Of a DNA stretch of 64,000 nt, positions 1 to 9,935 are shown in pieces. The stretch comes from Syntrophobacterales bacterium (lineage in GTDB: Bacteria > Desulfobacterota > Desulfobaccia > Desulfobaccales > 0-14-0-80-60-11): NCBI GenBank assembly GCA_023512475.1, contig JAILZL010000005.1:9433-73432 (forward strand), given 5' to 3'. Both the position numbers and the translations under genes were made by a program. Position 1 is the first letter of the stretch. Each line of letters starts with the position of its first letter. Below the pieces are notes generated by a model. That model had not been told where the DNA came from. It worked only from the letters and a program-made list of their open reading frames with translations, and made no database searches.

Positions 1-650
<650 letters not shown>

Positions 651-1481
651 TCAAGCTGTCGGCTTTCCTTCGGGTCAGCCCCGGCCGGGTGCCGTGACCC
701 GGCCGCCCCCGACGGGCACAGAAGCCGGGCCCCCGAGGGCCCTCACCGGCCCCGGGCCGCCGCCGGGAAACCCTGGTCACCGCCCACACCCCGGCCGGAG
801 ACCTGACGGGCGGCGAGCTGACGGCTCCCAAGGCCAAAAGCCGCTGGGGAAGATAATACGGCCTTTTGCCGGGGGACGCAAGGGCGGGATGGCGGAAGAA
901 GCCGTCCGCACCGGGTTTTCCCGGGGGGTGGAGATTGAGGTCCTCCCCGGCTCCCGGAGCGCCGAGGCGGGGCCGCGCGCCTCAATTCGAGGGCGCTTCA
1001 CCCCGAGGGAAACGCCTGGGGCGGGGGGCCCGGTCCCAGTTCGTGAAAGGAGACCGGAATTCCCCGCCTGGGGCCGTCCCGCCCCGGAGGGAGGGACAGG
1101 AAGGGGCAGAAGGGGAAATGATCCGCCCAGATCCTAGAGGTATCCCCCCAGGCCGACCCGGGGGGCGGTTCACCCCATCTGCACCGGCGCACCCTTCCAT
1201 CACCTCCCCAGCCCGTCCAGGGGGGGCAGGAAGATGATATGGGCTCGGGCACCCGGGTCCTCTGGTTGGTAAACCTTCCTAGACGAGACCCTGCCGATAT
1301 GGCCGGGGGCACCTGGCTCCCCCTCCGGCGTCATCGGCTTGGGGGTCTGCAAAACCGACCTGAGCCCCGCACCTGGGTCCTCCGCCTTTGTTCCGCAGAG
1401 AAGGGCGCCCTCCTCCCTGCACCCTGGGCCCTGAACCAAGGGGAAGTGCTCCCCGCCGGGGGGCCGGGGCCGGCGGCGCCC

Positions 1482-1751
1482 TCAGGGGTGTTCGGAGAGG
1501 GCATGGGCGGTCCGGGTCAGAGCCTCCTCCTCCAGGGCCTGGGTATGGGCCCGGACGATCTCCCGGATGCGGGAGATGATCTCCAGGACCTGATCCAGCT
1601 TTTCACTGATCATGCGGATGTCTTCAAAGATTTCGGCGTCCAGTTGCCGGTCCAGAAGCAGGAGATCCACCAGGCCGGTGACCGCCGCCAGGGGCTGGGC
1701 CAGTTCGTGCAGCAAATGCCGGATGTCTCTTAACGGGTCCTGATGTGCCAT
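1482..1751 (-). CDS. small stand-alone HisKA/DHp-like helical protein (no ATPase domain)
   Basis: ORF 1482..1766. The sequence IRHLLHELAQPLAAVTGLVDLL resembles a histidine-kinase H-box and is followed by a second long helix. Start moved to ATG 1751, because the listed start is a GTG five codons upstream. Confidence 0.5.
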   Translation of the reverse strand: MAHQDPLRDIRHLLHELAQPLAAVTGLVDLLLLDRQLDAEIFEDIRMISEKLDQVLEIISRIREIVRAHTQALEEEALTRTAHALSEHP

Positions 1752-1834
1752 GGCTCCGTCCCCCACCCATACTGAGTGTTTTTCCTATGGGCAAAAGCAA
1801 GATCCATGCCATGGGCCGGCCCGCTCTTTCGGGG

Positions 1835-2749
1835 TCAATCCCGGGGCACGGCCAGCATGCGGGTCACCGCACGGAGCGCTTTCTGGCGTACCTCTTCGGG
1901 CAGAGTGATGCGGTAGCGCTCTTCTTTGAGGGCGGTCAGGATGTCCTCCAGGGTGATACGCTTCATGTCCGGGCACAGCAGCCCCGGGGAGGGGGAATGA
2001 AAGATTTTCCCGGGGTTCTGGCGTTGGAGGGTATAAATGATGCCCTGTTCGGTGCCGATGATGAATTCGGTGGCGGGGGAGGTGCGGACGTACTCCAGCA
2101 TGCCGCTGGTGCTGCGGATGGCGTCGGCCAGGGCCAGGACCTCGGGACGGCATTCAGGGTGGGCCAGGAAAAGGGCCTGGGGGTGCGCCTCCCGGCAGGC
2201 CTGGACCTGGGCGGCGGTGAGGGCGTCGTGGATATTGCAGCAGCCCTCCCAGAAGAGCACTTCCTTCGCCGTGTGGCGGGCGGTATAGAGGGCCAGATTT
2301 TTGTCCGGCACCATGAGGACCCGGTCGGCGGCCAGGGAGTTGACCACCCTCACGGCGTTGGCCGAGGTGCAGCAGATGTCGCTTTCCGCCTTCACCGCCG
2401 CGGAGGAGTTGACATAGGTGACCACCGGCACCCCGGGGAGCTCGGCCTTGCGGCGGCGCAGGGCCTCCGGGGTGATGGTGTCGGCCATGTAACAGCCCAC
2501 GTCCAGGCGGGGCAGCAGCACGGTCTTGTCCGGGCAGAGGATGGCCGCGGTCTCGGCCATGAAATGCACCCCGGCAAACACGATCATCTTCGCCGGGGTC
2601 TGGGAGGCGGTCAGGGACAGCCCCAGGGAGTCCCCCAGAAAGTCGGCGAGGTCCTGGATCTCCGGGGGCTGGTAGTTGTGGGCCAGGAGGATGGCCTGGC
2701 GCCGGGCCAGCCATTCCCGGATTTCCTGTTGGAGGGCGGAGATGCTCAT
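1835..2749 (-). CDS. nadA: quinolinate synthase NadA
   Basis: 304 aa. Contains ILLAHNYQPPEIQDLADFLGDSLGLS, VFAGVHFMAETA, CCTSANAV and FIIGTEQGI, which are typical NadA blocks. Confidence 0.95.
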   Translation of the reverse strand: MSISALQQEIREWLARRQAILLAHNYQPPEIQDLADFLGDSLGLSLTASQTPAKMIVFAGVHFMAETAAILCPDKTVLLPRLDVGCYMADTITPEALRRRKAELPGVPVVTYVNSSAAVKAESDICCTSANAVRVVNSLAADRVLMVPDKNLALYTARHTAKEVLFWEGCCNIHDALTAAQVQACREAHPQALFLAHPECRPEVLALADAIRSTSGMLEYVRTSPATEFIIGTEQGIIYTLQRQNPGKIFHSPSPGLLCPDMKRITLEDILTALKEERYRITLPEEVRQKALRAVTRMLAVPRD

Positions 2750-2812
2750 GGTGTAAGTCTAGACTTTCTGCACCGGCAGCATGGTTGGGCCCCCAAGTCT
2801 GGGTCGAGGGCC

Positions 2813-3502
2813 TCAGCCGGCCCCGGCCGGGTCCCGCACCACCTGCACCCCGGGGGGCGGGGTGAAGGTGAAGAAATTCGCCGGCACCTCATAGTTCAGC
2901 TGCACCCGGGTGAAGAGGAAGGCGGTCTCCTCCCCCAGGGCGTTGGTGAATTCCAGGCGCTCCACCTGGTAGGTCTCCGGGTGGACGGTGAGGGTGAGGC
3001 GGGTGAGCTCCGCCTGGGGTTTCACGGGGGTCAGCTGGATGAGATAGAGCTGACCGGGCCGGGGCGGCCGGGCCCAGGCCATCTGAAAATCCTGGCGCAC
3101 CTGGGTGATCCCGGAAAAAAAGCGCAGCACCAGATCGCTTCTGAGCACCCGGTTCAGGGGATACACCATGGCCACGCCGTCCTGGGGGATGTAGAGATAG
3201 ACCTGGCTGCCGTCGGAGATCACCTCCTTTTTCTGCTCCGGCGGCTTCTCATACTGCCAGCGCATGCGCAAGGGCCGCTTGAAATAGACCCAGCCCTCGG
3301 CGGTGTCGCTCCGGGCGCCGCCGTGGAGTCGGGACTCCTGGCGGAAATAGGCCTTGAAACCGCCGGCCCGGTCATACCGGGCCTGCACCTGGGCCACCAC
3401 CTCCTCCACCGGGGGTCCCGACGGAACCCCACGGCCGTGAAGGGGGAGGCAAAGAATCATCAGCAGCGCCAGCCACGCAGGGAATTTCACCCGGCGCATC
3501 AT
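2813..3502 (-). CDS. lolA: outer-membrane lipoprotein carrier LolA-like protein
   Basis: 229 aa. Signal peptide MMRRVKFPAWLALLMILCLPLHG. The blocks FKAYFRQES..., GWVYFKRPLRMRWQY and QVYLYIPQ follow the LolA pattern. Confidence 0.85.
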   Translation of the reverse strand: MMRRVKFPAWLALLMILCLPLHGRGVPSGPPVEEVVAQVQARYDRAGGFKAYFRQESRLHGGARSDTAEGWVYFKRPLRMRWQYEKPPEQKKEVISDGSQVYLYIPQDGVAMVYPLNRVLRSDLVLRFFSGITQVRQDFQMAWARPPRPGQLYLIQLTPVKPQAELTRLTLTVHPETYQVERLEFTNALGEETAFLFTRVQLNYEVPANFFTFTPPPGVQVVRDPAGAG

Positions 3503-3735
3503 TCACCTCATCAGAAAATCATGGCCCTGCCTCAGAGGGCCGGGATGTGAAGGCCCCACCTTATTCTCGGCCCTCTCCTCCGGGGGGCTGGGGAGACGGC
3601 GGGGTCTCATAGTAAAACAGTATAGTTTACCCGGCCGAAAAGACAAGGCCCCTCTTCCGCCGGGCGCTAAATATTACTATAACTTATTTCGGCAGTGAGG
3701 CGGCAAAAAGCGCGCCTAACCGAGGCAACCCGGTG

Positions 3736-4785
3736 ATGAGCCCCACCCTGGAGGATTTTGACTACCACCTGCCCCCGGAGCTGGTGGCCGCTTATCCGGC
3801 CCAACCCCGGGATGCGGCCCGGCTGATGGTGGTGGACCGCGCCACCGGGGCCTTAAACCACGCCATTTTCCGGGAGCTGCCGCACTTTCTGGAGCCGGGG
3901 GAGGTGCTGGTGGTAAATGACACCCGGGTCTTCCCGGCCCGTCTTCCGGGGGTGAAGGAGAGCGGCGGCAAGGTGGAACTGCTTTTGCATCACCTGCCGG
4001 TACCGGAAGATGGCGGGGAGCCGGCGGCGGGTCGGGCCGAGGCGGGGTATCGGGGGCGGCTGCGGCCCGGGGTGCGGCTGTCTTTCGGGGCAGGGCTGAC
4101 CGGGGAGGTGCTGGCCCTGCCCCGGCCGGGGGTGGCGGAGGTGCGCCTGGTGAGCTCCCGGGGGGGGCTGGTGGAGGCGGTCCAGGCCGCCGGGCAAATA
4201 CCGTTGCCCCCTTATATCCGGCGGCCCCCCACCGCCGCGGACCAGGAGAGCTACCAGACGATGTTTGCCCGGAAAACGGGCGCCATCGCCTGCCCCACCG
4301 CGGGGCTGCACTTCACCCCCCGGGTGCTGGCGGCCCTGGCGGCCCAGGGGGTGGAGACCGTGGCGGTCACCCTGCACGTAGGGCCGGGGACCTTCACCCC
4401 GGTGCGCACCCGGGACTACACCGCCCACGTCCTGGCGCCGGAGTACTACGAACTGGCCCCGGAAGCCGCCCGGCGCCTCAACGCCGCCAAGGCTGCCGGC
4501 CGGCGGGTGGTGGCGGTGGGCACCACCACGGTGCGGGTCCTGGAGAGCTGCTGGGCCGAGGAGGGCTTCCGGCCCGGGGCGGGGTGGTGCGACCTGTACA
4601 TCTACCCGGGGTACCGCTTCCGGGCGGTGGACCGGCTGCTCACCAATTTTCATCTCCCCCGCTCCACCCTGCTGTTGCTGGTCAGCGCCTTTGCCGGCCG
4701 GGACCTGATCCTTAGGGCCTACGCGGAGGCGGTGCGGCAGCGCTACCGGTTCTACAGCTACGGGGACTGCATGCTCATCCGGTGA
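3736..4785 (+). CDS. queA: S-adenosylmethionine:tRNA ribosyltransferase-isomerase QueA
   Basis: MSPTLEDFDYHLPPELVAAYPAQPRDAARLMVV..., TAGLHFT and TNFHLPRSTLLLLVSAF. The ATG at 3736 is one codon after the listed GTG. Confidence 0.95.
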   Translation: MSPTLEDFDYHLPPELVAAYPAQPRDAARLMVVDRATGALNHAIFRELPHFLEPGEVLVVNDTRVFPARLPGVKESGGKVELLLHHLPVPEDGGEPAAGRAEAGYRGRLRPGVRLSFGAGLTGEVLALPRPGVAEVRLVSSRGGLVEAVQAAGQIPLPPYIRRPPTAADQESYQTMFARKTGAIACPTAGLHFTPRVLAALAAQGVETVAVTLHVGPGTFTPVRTRDYTAHVLAPEYYELAPEAARRLNAAKAAGRRVVAVGTTTVRVLESCWAEEGFRPGAGWCDLYIYPGYRFRAVDRLLTNFHLPRSTLLLLVSAFAGRDLILRAYAEAVRQRYRFYSYGDCMLIR

Positions 4786-4985
4786 TGGGGGGCGGGCAGG
4801 GGAAGGGGAGTCATGCTCCTGGGGTGGGGAGGGCTCCGGGGGTGGCCCGGATTGTTTTCCCCGCGGCGGGTAAGGGGCCCTCAAGGGAAGAAGGCGGGCT
4901 CTGGGGTCCCCCGGTCTCCCCGCCCCTGACATGAAGGGAACTCTACGGCCGGGGGAACAATCCGGCCCTGGCTGAGCGCGATTTC

Positions 4986-6110
4986 ATGTTCACCTTTGAA
5001 CTTTTGACCGCTGCCGGCCCGGAGGGGCCGCGGCTGGGGGTGATGACCACGGCCCGGGGGCGGGTGGAGACCCCTGCCTTCATGCCGGTGGGGACCTATG
5101 CCACCGTGAAGACCCTGACCCCGGAGGAAGTCCGGGAGCTGGGGGCCCAGATCATCCTCAGCAATGTCTATCACCTTTACTTGAGGCCCGGGGTGGAGCT
5201 CATCCGGAGGCTGGGGGGCCTGCACCGCTTCATGAACTGGCCGGGCCCCATCCTCACCGATTCCGGGGGCTTTCAGATCTTCAGTCTGGCCCCTTTCCGG
5301 ACCATCAGCGAGGAGGGGGTGACCTTCCGCTCCCACCTCAACGGCGATCTGCACCGGCTCACCCCGGAGCGGGTGGTGGCCCTGCAGGAGGATCTGGGGG
5401 TGGACATCATGATGTGCCTGGATGAATGCCCCCCCTACCCCTGCCCGGAGGCGGAGCTCCGCCGGGCCACGGACCTCACCGGCCGCTGGGCCCGGCGCTC
5501 CCTGGCGGCCTGGCGGCGGCAGGGCGCGGCCCTCTTCGCCATCGTGCAGGGCGGCACCCGGGCGGACTGGCGGCGGGCACAGGCCCAGGAGCTGGGGGAA
5601 CTGCCCTTTTCCGGCTTTGCCGTGGGGGGACTGAGCGTGGGGGAGCCCAAGGAGCTCACCTACGCCATGATGGCCGCAACCCTGGCGGCGCTGCCGGCGG
5701 ACCGGCCCCGCTACATCATGGGCATGGGCCTGCCCGAGGACCTGGTGGAGGGGGTGGCCCGGGGGGCGGACCTCTTCGATTGCGTCATTCCCACCCGCAA
5801 CGCCCGCAACGGTCAGGTGTTCACGGCCAGCGGCGCCCTGATGATCCGCAACGCCGCCTATGCCGAGGATCCCCGGCCCCTGGAGCCGGGGTGCGGCTGC
5901 TACACCTGCCGCCACTACTCCCGGGCCTACGTGCGCCATCTTTTTCAGGCCCGGGAGATGCTGGCCTATCGCCTTTTGACGCTTCATAATCTATATTATT
6001 ATTTCAGTCTGATGGTCCAGATGCGGCAGGCTCTGGCCGCCGGCCGCTTTCCTGATTTTTACCGGGAGTTTTACCGTCAACGACACAACGGAGGAGAGTC
6101 GAGTGGTTGA
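4986..6110 (+). CDS. tgt: tRNA-guanine transglycosylase Tgt
   Basis: 374 aa. Contains ARGRVETPAFMPVGTYATVK, LTDSGGFQ and the zinc site CGCYTCRHYSRAYVRHL. Follows queA as in the conserved queA-tgt-yajC order. Confidence 0.95.
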   Translation: MFTFELLTAAGPEGPRLGVMTTARGRVETPAFMPVGTYATVKTLTPEEVRELGAQIILSNVYHLYLRPGVELIRRLGGLHRFMNWPGPILTDSGGFQIFSLAPFRTISEEGVTFRSHLNGDLHRLTPERVVALQEDLGVDIMMCLDECPPYPCPEAELRRATDLTGRWARRSLAAWRRQGAALFAIVQGGTRADWRRAQAQELGELPFSGFAVGGLSVGEPKELTYAMMAATLAALPADRPRYIMGMGLPEDLVEGVARGADLFDCVIPTRNARNGQVFTASGALMIRNAAYAEDPRPLEPGCGCYTCRHYSRAYVRHLFQAREMLAYRLLTLHNLYYYFSLMVQMRQALAAGRFPDFYREFYRQRHNGGESSG

Positions 6111-6411
6111 TTTAACCTATGCCGCCAACGGTGCCGGCGGCGCCGAGAGCCCCCTGTGGACCATGGTCGTCCCCATGATCCTCATGGTGGCCGTGTTTTA
6201 TTTTCTCCTGATCCGGCCCCAGCAGCGCAAGGCCAAGGAACACCGGGCCATGCTGGACAGCCTGAAGCGGGGCGACCGGGTGGTCACCGCCGGGGGGCTC
6301 ATCGGGGAGATCGTGGCCATCAACGACCAGGTTCTCACCCTGGAGATCGCCGACAAGGTGCGGGTGGAGGTCTCCAAGCCCTATGTCACCGGATATGCGC
6401 CCAAGAAATGA
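6103..6411 (+). CDS. yajC: preprotein translocase subunit YajC
   Basis: 102 aa. Has a single TM helix (ILMVAVFYFLLIRPQQRKAKEH) followed by LKRGDRVVTAGGLIGEIVAI. The GTG start is preceded by GGAGGAGAG at 6090-6098 and overlaps the tgt stop. Confidence 0.9.
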   Translation: MVDLTYAANGAGGAESPLWTMVVPMILMVAVFYFLLIRPQQRKAKEHRAMLDSLKRGDRVVTAGGLIGEIVAINDQVLTLEIADKVRVEVSKPYVTGYAPKK

Positions 6412-6516
6412 CGGCCTGCCGGGACCTGGGACCCCCCCGGGGGGCTGCGGGGCCCGCACCGGGGGCGTCTGGTTCCCGCCTGACGATCGCCAGGTAAGTC
6501 CAACCGGAGAAACGCT

Positions 6517-8736
6517 TTGTCTGTCACCACCCCTCCCGGCGAGCTGGCCGGGGAGATCACCCACCTTCTGGAACTGACGCAGGAATGGCAGGGCCTCTTC
6601 CCCCAAGCGGCGGAGCAGGCCCGGCATTGGCGGCACGTGCTGGAAGAGGTGCGGACGCACCTGGCCGAGGAGGTGGTGCGGGTGGCGGTGGTGGGCGCGG
6701 TGAAATCCGGCAAAAGCACCCTGGTCAATGCCCTCATGGGTCGGGAGGTCCTGAAACGGGGGGCCGGCATCCTCACCGCCATGATCACCCGGGTGCGGCC
6801 CGGCCCGGAGGAACGGGCCCTGCTCCGGTTCAAGGATCCGGACCTCATCGCCGGGGAGATCCAGCAGGCCCTGAACTTCCTGCCGGATGCCCGCCTGGAG
6901 AATCGTCCCGAACCTCTGGACCTCAGCCGCCCTCAGGACCGGGAACTCCTGGCGGCCCTGCTGGCCGGCCAGGAGGCGGCCTCCCTGTGGGCCAACGGCA
7001 GCCTCAACCAGAACTATGTGCTGTTGTCGGCCTATCTGGCGGGGTTCAGCCAGGTCCAGGAGGCGGTGGCCCGGGGCCAGGTGGAGCTCACGGGTCCGGA
7101 GGTTCAGCGGCACCAGGAGCTGGTGACCCGGGAGGAGCTGGCGATCTACCTGGCCGACGCCCTCCTCACCCTGCCGGCGCCGGACCTTCCCCCCTGGCTG
7201 GAGCTGGGGGACTGCCAGGGGAGCGACTCGCCCCTGCCGCAGCACCTCACCCAGGTCCTGGCCTACCTGCTGAAATGTGACCTGGCCGTGTATGTCATCA
7301 GCTCCCGCATGGGCCTGCGGCAGGCGGATTTTCAGTTTCTCCAGGAACTCCGGCGCATGGGGTTGGGGGAGCATCTGCTCTTTGTCCTCAACCTGGATCT
7401 GGCGGACCACAAGGACGCCGCCGACTGCGAGGCCCTGGCCGCCCGGGTGCGGCGGGAGCTGACCCCCTGGGTGCCCACGCCCCGGCTCTGCGCCTTTTCC
7501 GCCCTGGAGGTGCTCCTTAAGCGCCGCCGGGAGGCCGGCGGTCTCGAACCCCAGGAGGAGGCCCTGCTGGCCCTGTGGCAGGCGGACCCGGGCAAGACCG
7601 GGCTGAGCCGCCGGGGGTGGGAGGAATTCCAGCTCCTTTTCCGGCGCAGTCTGGAGGAGGTGCGGGCCAGGCGGCAGGCGGGGGGGGCTCTGCCCCAGGT
7701 GCTCATGGTGGCCCGGGGGCTGGCGGAGCAGGTGGAGTGGGCCAGACGGCTTCTTAACCGGGATGCCGGGGCCTACCGGGAGCTGGCCGCCCGACTGCAG
7801 GCCCGGCGCCAGCCCCTCGCCGCGGTCCGGGTCAGCCTGCACCAGACCCTGGAGGGTGCCTCCCGCCATCTGGGGGCGGAGCTGAAACGCCGGGTGGACG
7901 CCTTTCTCTCGGAGCAGGGCAGCCGGGAGGCATCGCTCATCAGTTTCGTGCTTCACTATGAGCCCGATTGGGAGCGCCTCCTGGCCAATCCGGAGGAGCC
8001 GCTGAGGCTCCGGCTGTACCGGCTGTTTCAGGAGTTCCAGCAGGAGCTCCTCAAGCTGGCCGGGGGGGAATTCAACCTCCAGGTGGTGGAATTCGTGCGC
8101 CGGCAGGAGGACTGGCTGCGCCAGGAGCTCCGCCGGATCTCAGAGCCCCTGATGGTGGCCCTGGAGGAGACCCTGACCCTTTATTACCGGGAAACCAGCG
8201 CCCTGGGTCTGCCCGGGGAGCCCCCCACCCTGCGTCTGGAGCTCCCCCCCACGCCGGCCGGGCTGGAGATCCCCCTGCTGTCCCTCACCCTGGAGCCGGG
8301 CTGGCGTTGGGCCGGGGAGGTCTGGCTGCGCTCCGGGGTGGGGGTGTTGGAGCGCCTCTGGCAGCGGCTGAAGGCCAAGGCGGGCTGGGGCAGCCTCGAG
8401 CCGCGCCGGCAGGAGGAGCGGGACCTGCGCCGGGCCCTGGCCGCCATCCGCCACTGGGTGCGGGAGGAGCTGAGGGTGCAGCTGGTGGATTTCGGGGAGC
8501 GGCTGAAATTCCGCTATTTCCTGCCCCTCGTGCAGGACTTGGCCCGGGGAGTGGAGGAGAGCCTGGACCGGCAGCTGACCAGCCTCCTCACCGACCTGGA
8601 GGGCCTCACCCAGGCCTTGAGCCACGGGGAGGCGGACCGGGAAGGACGACGGCGGCGGCTGGACTCCCTGGCGCCCCGGGTGCGGCTGGTGGAAGCCCGG
8701 CTGACCTCCCTGGCCGCGGCCATGAAGCGGGGGTGA
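6517..8736 (+). CDS. bacterial dynamin-like GTPase (BDLP family)
   Basis: 739 aa. G1 P-loop VAVVGAVKSGKSTLVNALMG, G2-like GILTAMIT, G3-like LGDCQGSDS and G4-like VLNLDLAD. A long Leu/Arg/Glu-rich helical stalk follows, with a hydrophobic and Trp-rich patch (LLSLTLEPGWRWAGEVWL). The TTG start has GGAGA 6 nt upstream. Confidence 0.8.
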   Translation: MSVTTPPGELAGEITHLLELTQEWQGLFPQAAEQARHWRHVLEEVRTHLAEEVVRVAVVGAVKSGKSTLVNALMGREVLKRGAGILTAMITRVRPGPEERALLRFKDPDLIAGEIQQALNFLPDARLENRPEPLDLSRPQDRELLAALLAGQEAASLWANGSLNQNYVLLSAYLAGFSQVQEAVARGQVELTGPEVQRHQELVTREELAIYLADALLTLPAPDLPPWLELGDCQGSDSPLPQHLTQVLAYLLKCDLAVYVISSRMGLRQADFQFLQELRRMGLGEHLLFVLNLDLADHKDAADCEALAARVRRELTPWVPTPRLCAFSALEVLLKRRREAGGLEPQEEALLALWQADPGKTGLSRRGWEEFQLLFRRSLEEVRARRQAGGALPQVLMVARGLAEQVEWARRLLNRDAGAYRELAARLQARRQPLAAVRVSLHQTLEGASRHLGAELKRRVDAFLSEQGSREASLISFVLHYEPDWERLLANPEEPLRLRLYRLFQEFQQELLKLAGGEFNLQVVEFVRRQEDWLRQELRRISEPLMVALEETLTLYYRETSALGLPGEPPTLRLELPPTPAGLEIPLLSLTLEPGWRWAGEVWLRSGVGVLERLWQRLKAKAGWGSLEPRRQEERDLRRALAAIRHWVREELRVQLVDFGERLKFRYFLPLVQDLARGVEESLDRQLTSLLTDLEGLTQALSHGEADREGRRRRLDSLAPRVRLVEARLTSLAAAMKRG

Positions 8737-8737
8737 G

Positions 8738-9106
8738 GTGCTGACCCGGAAACAGGCGGAGAAGCTGGCGGCGGACTGGGCCCAGGCCCTCAACCGCCGG
8801 GACCTGGAAGGCCTGCTGGCCCTGTATGCCCCGGAGGTGGAGCTCACCTCGCCCTTTGTGGTGCAGCTGTTCAACGACCCCTCCGGCACTCTCCGAGGCA
8901 AAGAGAACCTGCGCATGTATTACACCCTGGGGCTGTCTCTGTTCCCGGAGCTGAGGGTCACGGTGCTGCAGGTCTTCACCGGGGTCAACAGTCTGGTGGT
9001 GCATTATCGGGGGGCGGAGGATCTCCTGGCGGCGGATATGATGCTGGTGACTCCCCCAGGCCTGATCTCCCGGGTCTATTCCCACTATCTGGAGGAGCCG
9101 GCCTGA
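8738..9106 (+). CDS. SnoaL/NTF2-like fold small protein
   Basis: 122 aa. AADWAQALNRRDLEGLLALYAPEVELTSP is the typical opening helix and strand of SnoaL-like proteins. The GTG start lies 1 nt after the dynamin-like gene stop. Confidence 0.6.
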   Translation: MLTRKQAEKLAADWAQALNRRDLEGLLALYAPEVELTSPFVVQLFNDPSGTLRGKENLRMYYTLGLSLFPELRVTVLQVFTGVNSLVVHYRGAEDLLAADMMLVTPPGLISRVYSHYLEEPA

Positions 9107-9935
9107 TAAGGGCAGATGCGGCCGGCGGACCCGCCTGCGCCCCGGAACCATGACGGAGGCCGGAACCGGGGAGCGGAGGAGATGGGGATGCAGGGCCTGG
9201 TTCTGGGGATTCTGCTGGGGGGCTTTACCGCTGACCTGCATCCGGTGCCCGGCCCTTTTTGTAAAAAGAGAGATTGCCCGGGCGGCTTTTCTGCTCCTTC
9301 CGGGGGGTGACGGCGGCCGCCGGGTGCGGGGAGAGGGACCAAACGCCAGGTTCAGCCATAATTTTCTGGTCCGCACCGCAGCGGCCTAGGCCTGAGGTTT
9401 CACCCCGGTCACCCTCACTTCCCGGGGCATGACGGAGGATTATCCACCATCGCCCGGGGATGCTCAGCACCTCCGGTTTATTTGGGAGGAATTGTCCCGG
9501 CAGGGGGAAGTCTTTTCTGGTGGGGACCGGGGGGACCCGGTCCGCCGTCTCGCCGGCGGTCCACCTGGCAGATCCCGGAGTGCAGGGGTCATCCTCACCG
9601 CCGCGGTCACACGGGTGGGCGAGGGGGCCTGGCCCAGGATCACCCGCCCGGTGTTTTTGTCCATCAGGTGGCGGGAGGCTGCGGGGCCGGCCCTTGTCCG
9701 GAAGCCAGGCGGCTCAGCCATGAGCTGAGGCAGGCCACTCAGGTCTCCGTGGTGGAGATCGTCGGAGGCCGGAGGCCCCTCCGGTTCCTGCACGGGCCTG
9801 AGCTCTAACGGGGTTTTGAGGGTGGAAGAGGCCGCCGGCGGCGCCATGGTTTCCTGGGCTTCGGCTCAGGGAGAATATTGCTCCCTGCTCCCTGCGAGGG
9901 GGGCGCAATCCCGATTGCGGTGAGGCAGGTTCCCG

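Noticed and set aside
1236-1380. CRISPR-like regular spacing of a repeat.
   Set aside because: There are only three copies. They are imperfect (a 12-26 nt core with mismatches), the intervening sequence is not spacer-like, and no cas genes or leader are present. I report it as a phased motif instead.
9182-9310. 42-codon ORF with a good Shine-Dalgarno element (MGMQGLVLGILLGGFTADLHPVPGPFCKKRDCPGGFSAPSGG).
   Set aside because: It is a possible small membrane peptide, but it is short, has no recognisable family and its second half is low-complexity. That is not enough to call it a feature. It is mentioned under the gap finding.
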